Source: Massalongia carnosa (Eukaryota). Taken from it: DNA of 64,000 nucleotides. Location: contig OZ287073.1 in the NCBI GenBank assembly GCA_965645245.1, positions 1,426,001 through 1,490,000 on the forward strand. Direction: 5' to 3'. Position 1 is the stretch's first letter; every line of letters starts with the position of its first letter. A program made the position numbers and the translations under genes. This document shows, in pieces, positions 52,001-61,349 of the stretch. The notes below the pieces were generated by a model. It searched no databases and had not been told where the DNA came from. It saw only the letters and a list, made by a program, of their open reading frames with translations.

Positions 52001-55000
52001 CTACTGTTGATTGTACAATAATGTTGATGCTAGTGAGAACTGATTCAATAAGCCTGTTTTCATTAGCCAAGCAGTTAGTATCTTCAGAGTTTTTGATGAT
52101 TCGGTCAGCTGCTGATAGTCGCTCGTGCCGGCGGCGCGAAACATCTGTTCTCTATTGTCAATAAGTCTGCAGAACATGATTACATGTTCTGGAGTTTGTC
52201 TGTGCCAGTCACATGAGCAGGCCGGTGAGGTGACGGAGGGCACCCGTCGCTTGTAGAGGAAGTCAGCTAACCCGATCTTGCCAGTGCGGATTTGTGTTGT
52301 TAGAGCGCTTTCTGCCTTTTTTAGCTGCGTGTGTATTTTCAGCCGTTTTTTGCTCAGTGGGACTGATTGTGCTATGGAGGGTTCGATGACGCGATTTTGA
52401 TATGCGCACCACGAGTCGTTCCAGACCTTCATTTGTCGTGCTTTGATTGTTTGCATCTGCTTGTGTCGGGCCGTTGCCGCAACGGTAGCTTCGCGGTGCC
52501 ACGCCAGGTAGACTTCGAACCATGGTAGGTGTGCCTTTGGTGGTTGAACTATTTTTGAGTCGATCAGAAGGCTTTTGGCCCAGATGTGTTTCAGCTCTCC
52601 CGGGGTGGGCTTTTGAAGTCGTTTGCGACCTGCCTTGCCTCGAAGTTTTTCAGCTATTTTGTTGCATGCGGAGGAGATGATCTTCAATTGGCCTCCGGCT
52701 CGGAGCCGGTGCCTTGCCTGTGCTTGTAGCATGTCGAGATGCGTGTCTATGGGCGCTATGAATGTCTCTGTTTCTAGTACTGAGATGGGAGTGGCTTTAA
52801 AGGCACCGGCTATGGTGCGAAGGCAATTGTTTTGCATGACGGAGAGCTTGCTCGTTGACGTTTTTGACTTTTTGACTTCTTTAGGCATGTGCCATACGGT
52901 TGACCCATATGTTATGGCCGGACGCACCACGGCACTGTAAACTTGCCTTGCCTTGGCGAAGGTGGCACCCCAGGTTGATGTGGAAAATTTTGTCAATGCC
53001 ATGGATTGTTTGACCATTTTCTCTTGCGTTTTGCGAACGTGCGGTCCCCATTTCAATTTGGTGTCGATTTGTAGGCCTAATACTCTGATGTCCGTTTTTG
53101 GTTCAATTTCGGTGCTAGCAATATTGATGGATGCAGCCATGTTGAATCTTTTGGGATTTCTGGACAAGTGTATGAGTTCGTACTTCGTCGGAGCAAATAC
53201 GGACCCGTGCCGGGAAGCCCACGTCTCACATTGTCTGTGTATTGCCTCTAGAGTTTTGCAGTTTTCCTCGGTGCTTTTTCCATATGCCAAAATGTTTGCG
53301 TCGTCTACGAATCCTATGGCACTTGTGTTTTTGCCTGGTCGATCACATATTTCCAATAGATCTGCATTGTAAAATAGGTAAAGAATGGATGACAGGGGAG
53401 AGCCCTGCGGGATACCCGTTCTTACCGCAAACCGCCCGGTGACTTTTCGATTTATTGCTAAAGTGGTGTTTCGATCGCTCAGAAAGCTGTTTAACCAGTC
53501 GGTGATCCATTTTCGAATTTTTCTTTTCCGTAGGTTGTGCGTTAGTCGTTGATGTGATACCGTATCGAACGCGCCGGCGACGTCCATGCTTAGCAGTGTG
53601 GCTACTTTGTCTTTTCCCTGTCCCCAAATCATGTGAACCTGTTCAGTTAGCAGTTCCAGTGCTGATTCTGTGGATCTACCCTTCCTTGCTCCCATCTGTG
53701 TGTCGGGTAGGAGCCGGTGTGTTTCCGCTAGATAGGTTATTTTCGATCCAATGATGGATTCCATAACTTTACTGAGCGTGTTGAGCAGTGCAATTGGTCG
53801 GTAGGCTTTCGGCGTGGTATGGTCTCCTTTGCCTATTTTTTTCAGCGCTATTGTGTTTGCCATTTTGAAAGCCCGCGGGTGGTACGAGTGTGTGACGCAC
53901 GCCTGAAACAGAGGTGTTAGTAGTTCGACAAGTTTTTCGCTGCATGCTTTGAGTATTCTGTTAGATATGCCGTCTGGGCCCGGTGCCTTATCGGACTTGA
54001 GCCGACTCAGGGCCGTCGATACTTCTGACTTGGTGATGATTATTGGGCAGTGCGGCGATGCAGGATAGAAGGATCCTTCTATGTCGCTTAGGTCGGCCGG
54101 TGGTGGTGCGGGAAAGAAGACACCTTTCAGCATTTCGGCTTTTTGGTCAAACGTGTCTGCTACTTGGTCATTGAATTTTAGTATCGGCATTTTGGATACT
54201 TCTCTAGATAGATGACTTTTATCTTTGGCCCATTTCGCTAGCCGCCATAGTCCCTGAGGCGTTTCGGTGGCCTTAGTGATTTCTTGACGAAATTTTGTTC
54301 TCTTTGCCTTTTGAATGATTTTCTGTTTTTTATCATTGGATTTCATATGGTTAGACCAGTCCGTTAGGTCTAACGTGCTGGACCATATGCGGCGTAGTTT
54401 CCTTGTGGCTTTGGTGGCAATGCTGCATTCTTCTGTCCAGAATGGCTTAGCATATTCGCTAGATTTTGCCCATGGAACTGCTTCGTTGATGACATTTTGT
54501 AGAAATTTTTGAATCGATTCCGTGTACGCATCAATCTCAGCAGTGGTGCGGGGAGACTCTGGTATAGGGGCGTGTCGTTCGGCCTCCCTTAATTTTTCCA
54601 GGTTTAGAAGTTTCCATGCTCTGCGTTTGATTTTCGGTTGCGGCTCGCTTCCGAGTAGGATGCGGGTTGATATCGGTACGTGATCGGACAATTGATTCAA
54701 TTCTGGTCTGGACATGCAGTGTTCGAGTCTTTCGACTAGATATTCTGACATGAAAACCAAATCTATCGTGCTAGACGTGTTTCTTGCTTCCCATGTTACG
54801 GTGCCTTTCGGCAGTGCCAACGAAAGATTATGATCATCGATTATTTCTAGTAATTGATCAGCAGCAGCGTGTTGTGTGGGTCTTGAGGGACCATTCCAAA
54901 AGGGATGATGCAGGTTGAAATCTCCAAGTAGTATGTGATGCGCATCGGCGGTAAGCATGCTCCGAGCCGCCGGTAAGGTCGTGGGACTGTCAGTGGATGA

Positions 55001-55366
55001 ATAGGAGGCGGGAGAGGGGTTATACACATTATGGACGTGAATTGTTTCCATAACGCCTTCGGTGTAGGTCTTTATTTTCAAAGTGCACATGTCGGCCGAG
55101 GCGAATTCCACCTCCCAGCTGTCAGTGTCTATTAGGTCGTTGACATAAAAGCACACTCTGGTGTCACCTCCTGGGCGGTATAGGAGGTGAAAGCCGCTTT
55201 GATGAGAACTAGGCGATGTGGGGGCGGATGGATTGCGCCACGGTTCCTGTATTGCAATAATATCATAGTCCTGGGTGTTTGTGTCTGCTAAGAGGGGTAT
55301 CATAGTACTCACTCTGTCATTTCTGACATTATACTGCAATATAGAGAGGGATTCTGTGTCCCTCAT
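52001..55366 (-). CDS. LINE ORF2: APE endonuclease + reverse transcriptase + C-terminal Cys/His motif
   Basis: ILQYNV, IAIQEPW, LGDFNLHHPFW, TIDLVF, SDH; KAPGPDGI, YRPIALL, DVAGAFD, GIPQGSPLS, FVDD; CSC..TPEHVIMFC. Uninterrupted 1121-aa frame. Confidence 0.95.
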   Translation of the reverse strand: MRDTESLSILQYNVRNDRVSTMIPLLADTNTQDYDIIAIQEPWRNPSAPTSPSSHQSGFHLLYRPGGDTRVCFYVNDLIDTDSWEVEFASADMCTLKIKTYTEGVMETIHVHNVYNPSPASYSSTDSPTTLPAARSMLTADAHHILLGDFNLHHPFWNGPSRPTQHAAADQLLEIIDDHNLSLALPKGTVTWEARNTSSTIDLVFMSEYLVERLEHCMSRPELNQLSDHVPISTRILLGSEPQPKIKRRAWKLLNLEKLREAERHAPIPESPRTTAEIDAYTESIQKFLQNVINEAVPWAKSSEYAKPFWTEECSIATKATRKLRRIWSSTLDLTDWSNHMKSNDKKQKIIQKAKRTKFRQEITKATETPQGLWRLAKWAKDKSHLSREVSKMPILKFNDQVADTFDQKAEMLKGVFFPAPPPADLSDIEGSFYPASPHCPIIITKSEVSTALSRLKSDKAPGPDGISNRILKACSEKLVELLTPLFQACVTHSYHPRAFKMANTIALKKIGKGDHTTPKAYRPIALLNTLSKVMESIIGSKITYLAETHRLLPDTQMGARKGRSTESALELLTEQVHMIWGQGKDKVATLLSMDVAGAFDTVSHQRLTHNLRKRKIRKWITDWLNSFLSDRNTTLAINRKVTGRFAVRTGIPQGSPLSSILYLFYNADLLEICDRPGKNTSAIGFVDDANILAYGKSTEENCKTLEAIHRQCETWASRHGSVFAPTKYELIHLSRNPKRFNMAASINIASTEIEPKTDIRVLGLQIDTKLKWGPHVRKTQEKMVKQSMALTKFSTSTWGATFAKARQVYSAVVRPAITYGSTVWHMPKEVKKSKTSTSKLSVMQNNCLRTIAGAFKATPISVLETETFIAPIDTHLDMLQAQARHRLRAGGQLKIISSACNKIAEKLRGKAGRKRLQKPTPGELKHIWAKSLLIDSKIVQPPKAHLPWFEVYLAWHREATVAATARHKQMQTIKARQMKVWNDSWCAYQNRVIEPSIAQSVPLSKKRLKIHTQLKKAESALTTQIRTGKIGLADFLYKRRVPSVTSPACSCDWHRQTPEHVIMFCRLIDNREQMFRAAGTSDYQQLTESSKTLKILTAWLMKTGLLNQFSLASTLLYNQQ

Positions 55367-57043
55367 AGGATTTCCATCGTTTCGGCCGCTGTGTTCGATG
55401 TGACCTGAGTTCCTGCCGTTAATGCTACGGAATCTGCACGAGGCCTACCCAGTACTGGTTTTGCTAAGGCCTTTACCATATTTTCAGGATTCATGATGCC
55501 TATATTAGCCCAGGTGGGTGCGTCGTCTCCCCGATGAGGGCCCGGGGGTGTGCCGGATGAGGGCGTAGCGTTGTGTATTTTTCTTCTGTCAGCCAATTTA
55601 GTGGTCAAGCAGTAAGCGATATGTAGCTCGGATACGGTAATCTATTAACCGAATCCCAACATTCCATGAGAGAATTGGGGAAAATCCTTTCAAAGCAAGC
55701 AATCATCACCTCATTTCCAAGTGTCTAAAACGTAAATCATTCTCCAATCACCAAGAGCTTAGATCAATAAATCAAGCTCAATATCTTCTCTTGCCGTTTA
55801 CTATCTTCCATGTTGACGGAATTTCGTCCGTTTGTGTGACTGTGGGTGTCGACTCTCGTTGAAGTTGAAAGTGAAATGAGGGCGGTTGTGATTCGATTGC
55901 GTAGAGGGGGGCGCGGTTTTGCATTGCTATTTCAGTTTTTCGCTTTTCAGCTTTTCAGACTTTGCATGCTGTGGACCATGCTTCGTGTCCCTTCTCTCCG
56001 CATACGGCGCAACGGCGGTATTGCCCCATTGTCTCCAGATTGCATTCTTTGCTTTGATGTCCACCGGCGCCGTGACCACAGGCGGCGGGATTGCGGCATG
56101 ATCTACCGATGTGTCCGTATTTTTGGCAGTTGAAGCATTAAGTCATGGTGCAACCACGTGTAAAGCGCTCGCAGTCCTTTATTTCGTAGCTTTCCATTAG
56201 GCCCTCGGTGATGAGCCGGTTAGCCATCTCGGCGGTGGCGACCTCTATATGAAGCGTCGAGTACGCTTTTTTCTCTCTGATGGCCTTGATTGACCAGGCT
56301 ACTTTAACGATCTTCAGGTTAGGGTGCAGGCGTGCGTTAGCGGCCTGAAGGTAGGTGATGGCTGTTGATCGATTGGCCACTTTGATGTTTTCCACCCTGA
56401 TTCCATTCGCTCTTACGGTGAAGGTGCGGGTGTGCACCGCAGCTGAGGCGGCCACCATGCGGGTCCAATCGGTCTTCTCCTGCAGGGTCTTCTTTGCTTC
56501 CAATGACTCTCTGATGTCGCCGTTTAACAAACGCGACACTCCCCTTATTCCTTCAGCTCCATTTTGTAGTGTTTCTACCAACTCCTTGGTTGGCATTAGC
56601 TTCAATTTTTCCTTGTCCGCATCCTCCGTGATGTGAACGGTGATTTCCCGGGCACGTCGCGCTTCTCTTGGTGTGGGTGCTTTGTCTTTGCGGGCCTGTT
56701 GAGGCTTGATATTTTGGTTCTTTGGAGGTGCGGGCTCATCTCGGCCTTGCCCTGTGGCAGCAGCGGCATAGCTGCGAGGAGTGGTCTCATTGCGCTCTAT
56801 GCGTGTCAATGATTTTTGGATTGCCTGTAATGTGTCACCTATGTTGTTGGGAGTTTCTGCAACTTTGTCATCGACTAGATTTTGCGCTTGCAAAATTTCC
56901 GCTGAGTTTCTCAGCAACTGCAACGCCTCCGGGTCACCAACGGTGCCCACTCGATCAAGATACTCCTTGATCTTTACGTGCAAACCTTTCCTCCTTTCGC
57001 TGTGCGCTCTCGAGAGCGCGTTTGATTGTTCGAGTGTAGTCAT
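55363..57043 (-). pseudogene. LINE ORF1 (gag-like, three zinc knuckles), disrupted
   Basis: ATG at 57043. Beyond the stop at 56138-56140 the frame continues CFNCQKYGHIGRSC..CGHGAGGHQSKEC..CAVCGEKGHEAWSTAC. A second stop is at 55955-55957 and a solo LTR is inserted at 55587-55783. Confidence 0.9.
55587..55783 (+). mobile_element. solo LTR (197 bp) with 5-bp TSD inside LINE ORF1
   Basis: TCTTC at 55582-55586 and 55784-55788; termini TGTCAG...CTCAATA (CA apparently mutated to TA); AATAAA near the 3' end. Removing the insert restores ORF1 NGKRRKIHNAT. Confidence 0.82.
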
Positions 57044-57209
57044 TTTCCGATTTTCTTCCGATAGAGTGGACAATCATGCTATTATACCTACAAAGTAAAG
57101 CTATATTTTCATAGCACTGCAGGCTATAAGTGAATATATTTCACATGATGCAGGTGCATTGTTTCGACAGTCTAGTATTGAATATAATTCATAAAAATCA
57201 ATTTCCTCA

Positions 57210-58024
57210 TCAGCTACTGTCTTCCGTATCATCCTCCTCGTCCTCCTCGTCCTCCTGATTGTCCTCCTCCTCATCCTCGTCTAGGTCCTCCTCCTTCTCC
57301 TCTTCCTCCTCCTCGTCATTCAAAGCCTTTTGTGTAGTCCTAGTAGTTAGCGGACGAACATTGAAGCTTGGCCGGAAATTCTTTGACAAAGATTGACCGG
57401 AGGAACGTGATTCTGATGGAGGAGGAGGAACAATTATAGGTTCAGAATCGTGCTTGGATGATTGCTGCTTCAATTGTCTAGCAAATTTGCTGACATCGCG
57501 AGTCAAACGTATGTCGATGTCAGGTTCGATTATCATTTTCTCCCATTTTTCCTCATAAGCAGTATCTTTCCACTATTTTATGGTTTGTAAATCAGAGTAA
57601 ACAAAACAGGCTCGGGCTCAGGCTCAGGCTCAGGCTCAGGTTCAGGAGCACTAGATAGCTCAGAAAGACAAGGAGAAAGCGCATTATTGCGAGTCGGACG
57701 AACATTCCTTGGCCCGGGGAGGAGGAGACGAGGAGGAGGTAAAGGCGAAGCCGAAGGAGAAGCTGGAGGAGATGATAAAGGTGAACGTGATGGAAGATCA
57801 GGAATACGGGCAGGAGAGGAAGGTTCTATAGTCGGGTTCAAAGTGTTTAAAACTGGTGATTATGATTTAGGAGGATTGATTCTAAGCCTTTGTTTGGATG
57901 GAGGTGCTGAGTTCCTAGGCAATTCAGTAGTAGATGCCCGTTTTCTGGGTTGTTTGGAGGGCTGTTTGGGAGGCTGTTTGGGGGGCTGTTTTGGAGGCTG
58001 TTTAGGAGGCTGTTTTCGAGGCAT
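57210..58024 (-). pseudogene. degenerate low-complexity second ORF inside the Tc1-like element
   Basis: ATG at 58024 gives MPR(KQPP)4KQPSKQPRKR..., a Pro/Ser-rich stretch, a PE repeat and an acidic tail, with internal stops and a frameshift. Confidence 0.55.
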
Positions 58025-58860
58025 GATGACTGGAATAACTACGTTGAAAGTTCATACAAACGACAATCATAAGGATATCATTAACCGTACTATCCTATAG
58101 AGTGCAGAAGGCGGTGTGAAGGGGAGGAGGGCCATTAGCTACTGCACCAAATTCTGATGTGTGGTCCAATTCTGTCGCTTATTTATTTATTTTTACAGCG
58201 CAGTTTCGGGGTTCAAAGTTCGGAACGGGTGTACATTATTTATTTACGACGCGCGAAAAAAAGGGGTAAATTTTTTTGATGTTCGTGACTTAGCCTTATT
58301 GTATTAAACTAAGCCTATTCGGGGTGGCTGCCATTCTGGCCAACGACGCCTACGTACTTCAGTTTCAATTCGTAGTTGACTCGCATTCATCTGACTTGAA
58401 TACTTGCTCGCCCGAATGCTGCAGACTTGATGGCTGAATGCAATTTTCAGCTTCATAGCCTTGCGACTGAGGCGGCTTACATGCAAGACAAAGGTTACTA
58501 CCTTCGTAAACGAGTCCTATTAAACAGTTAAGTAAAGCTTTTCAGGCCGCTGAGAGTGGTAGAATTGATGCATCGTCGGACGACTAGGGTCTCTAACTTG
58601 CCTATCCACGGGAAAGAATATGTTACCAATAGTGAGATGAAAACTTCGCCGACAATGAAAGTAAGCTGTCCAAGATTCATGTATAAAAGAGGAAGGGTGT
58701 CCCCTATTTCTCTTACAACTCAACCAAGAAACACCTCAATTCACCAGACTCACCAGAATTTATCCCCTACACAAAAAGTATGCCTCCTCTCTTTAAATTC
58801 TCTCTTCTTCTAATGCATATACTCACGAGTGACTCCCCTTAGATAAACTCCAACTCCAAG

Positions 58861-59178
58861 ATGCAACTCCCCAAGTCATCCCTCGCATTTCTTCTGATGC
58901 CATTAATGGTTTCAAGCGCCTACGCCCAGTGCGATTGCACCCACAACGACGACGCTGGAAGGTGGAATGATCCCGATGCGCCCAACGACAGGATTGCGGC
59001 AATGTGCGCTCAGGGAGTCGGCTGCTACGAGGCTAAAGCTGGCCGCATGTGCGTCGAAGGCGATTTGAGTCAGTGCGGTTGTGCTGTCTCCGCTGCCTCC
59101 AAGTGGCAGAGCTGGCACGGCGATTGGTTTCTTTGGTCTGCGCTATCCTGTGGTGGTCTATCTATTACCATCAAATAA
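58861..59178 (+). CDS. small secreted cysteine-rich protein (105 aa, 8 Cys)
   Basis: Signal-peptide-like MQLPKSSLAFLLMPLMVSSAYA and an even Cys count in the mature part. A probable 5'-UTR intron lies at ~58778-58842 (GTATGC..TAG). Confidence 0.82.
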   Translation: MQLPKSSLAFLLMPLMVSSAYAQCDCTHNDDAGRWNDPDAPNDRIAAMCAQGVGCYEAKAGRMCVEGDLSQCGCAVSAASKWQSWHGDWFLWSALSCGGLSITIK

Positions 59179-59736
59179 GCGAAACTTGTCGCTCGAGGAC
59201 AGTTTGAACGGAGGAGAGTTGGTAGGAGAGGCCGGTTGCTGGAAGGAGTAGTGACTGTTATAAGACTTATTACATTGATTTCTAGATGAGCTGAGATATA
59301 TTATATGGGGGATACTCGCGAGGACATTCATTCAACAGAAAATTTAGTTATTTTTAAGAGGTGTATTTCCAGCAATATAGGACCGCATTAGCAATCTCTG
59401 TTTGGACACTATAAGACATCTCCAAACCTTGTTTTAAGCAAAATCTCTTAACGTAACCACGACTAGGATTAATTTCTGTTTGTTAAAACGAACCCCTTTC
59501 CAAGCAGGATTCAAACTTTTTACATGCAACCCAGCATGTTCAAAGCAGCAGCGCCCTCCAACCATAAGATTCTCTATGAGCGCGTAAGTCTTAGAAATAG
59601 ATTTGAATGGACGAAAACCGCCGTAAAAATCCTGAAACTCCATTCGCTGGCTTCGGCTCCCCCTGTCCTGGCTGCATGATCTGCCCTCGGTGCGCGGAGT
59701 CACCAGATCACTGCTTTGCCCCTGGAGCCTCACCCT

Positions 59737-59978
59737 GCTCCGGTCGATAATAAAGAGAAACGGCAGGTGTACGCGGCAATGGCGCGGGAGTTTATCGGTA
59801 CGGGTTATTAATATACCTGTCTCAATGGTCATCCTTTTACAGTTGGAGAGTGTGGCATGCCAATGCAGACGTCGGTATGCCCATAATGCAGCGCTCCGTA
59901 AGAGGGCAGAGCCATCAACCAGCGGTGACACATGCCCGAGACTTTAAGGAACGCTTTGGGGCGATGGTTCTTGGATGA
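59737..59978 (+). pseudogene. 3' fragment of a ZNFX1/NFX1-type helicase gene (RZ-type zinc finger)
   Basis: Manual translation: VDNKEKRQVYAAMAREFIGTGY*YTCLNGHPFTVGECGMPMQTSVCP*CSAP(frameshift)VRGQSHQPAVTHARDFKERFGAMVLG*. Confidence 0.82.
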
Positions 59979-61349
59979 ATTGAGCCTCATAGCCATAATG
60001 GAATCAAGGGGCGGATTGGCAAATACCGAGGGTGGAACAGGATTAGGAGAAAATGACGGGCTATTGATGTTATGGCCAAGGCTATACTTTCCTGATAGCT
60101 TAATCATCGTTGAAAAGCTATCTTGAAGTGAGATTAACTGAGCAGCAATCACAGATGCGGTGATTTGGCGGGAAAGTGGGAGCTTCTGGAACCCCACCCA
60201 ATGGTCCCTAGCGGTGGGCCCCCGTCAATAAGCATTTCATTGGCACAAGATGAAGCCAAGAGCCGGCGAAGCTGTAGGAGTCTAGGCAGCAGCAGGCTGA
60301 GCCAGGCAACACTGTTGGATAAATAACAGGAGCGGGTAGGGTGCAGCTAAATCAGGCTCTTGAGGAGCCAGAACTTTTGCTCTTTTGCTGCGCCCCCGGT
60401 GCTTCCCCGTGCTCCCTCGGTGCTCCCTCGGTGCTCCCTCTGAAGCCGCCCTGCTCCCTTTCCCGATCGAAAAGGGTAATCTCAGATCCTAAGTTCAGGG
60501 TGTATATAATATATATATATACACATGAGGGAGAGAGTATTATCGAAAGAAAGAAAGAAAGAAAAAAAAAACCTTAAGCGTTATGACTGAATGTGTGGAT
60601 GGAAAAGGGAAGGGAGGGAAGAGAAAGAGTGGATGAAAGATAGAGATGACGGAACCAGGACAAAGGTTAGATGGATGGATGATTAGCCGCTTGGACGAGA
60701 GAGAATAAAGACGTAAGACGAGGATTGATAAGGGAAGTAAGTTCGCAGATTAGTAGATAGGGGTGGCGGTTGGGTGGGTGATAAGCTGGGGATGGATAGG
60801 AATACTGGGCAAGATAGATCCGTGGAATTAAATTAGAAGATCATGTTTTTTGAGGGACGAGGAGGGGGAGGGGATCTCGCAAGAGGAAAAAGTAAAAAAA
60901 AGTTTACTTATACATATTTCCTCCTCCTCCTCATTCTCCTTCTAGCTAAAACAAGTTGAGCATATTCGCGGTTGGCGGTTCAAGTTACTGGTTCCGACAA
61001 TCGCGGGGGAGGGGGGTTGTTCGGGGAAAAGAAAAGAATACCCGATAGAGCGAGAGAGAGAGGTTGCTTGGGTTTGATTGGAGGGGGGGGGGGAAGAACG
61101 GAAAGCCCCTCGTTTGGGAATGTAGAAACTCCTAATTTAATTTGCTTTGTTTACAGTAGTAGTGTGGGTTTGAGAAGGAAACTCCCTTTCTTTTTCCGCT
61201 GAAATGAAAAGGGGGGATAGGAGAAAGAATGCGGAAGGGGGAGGGGGTTATGCGATGGATGATGCGGATGGAACGGAAAAACGGGAGCGGAGGAATCGAT
61301 CTTTTTTTTTGTCTCCATAAGCTCCACAATCCCTGTTATAACCTCCGCC

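Larger units (their letters stand above)
51774..57068 (-). mobile_element. Tad1-like LINE (non-LTR retrotransposon) with 14-bp TSD
   Basis: GACAATCATGCTAT at 51760-51773 and 57069-57082; short (ATC)n 3' tail on the minus strand at ~51774; ORF1 + ORF2 layout. Confidence 0.95.
51570..57145 (+). mobile_element. putative solo LTR (~270 bp) split by the LINE (51570-51773 + 57083-57145)
   Basis: Starts TGTTAGCC, has a TATATAA, ends TTTCACA, and begins just after the transposase frame breaks off. No matching TSD, so the call is tentative. Confidence 0.4.
50744..58231 (+). mobile_element. Tc1/mariner (IS630-like) transposon with long diverged TIRs, carrying nested insertions
   Basis: 50744-~50902 and ~58091-58231 are inverted copies sharing CACCCGTT..CCGAACTTTGAACCCCGAAA..GACAGAATTGGACCACACA..CCCTCCTCCCCTTCACACC. 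TA lies at 50742-50743 and 58232-58233. Confidence 0.85.

Noticed and set aside
58234..58531. piggyBac terminal inverted repeat near TTAA at 58304 or 58528
   Set aside because: No inverted match to the sequence next to TTAA 48753.
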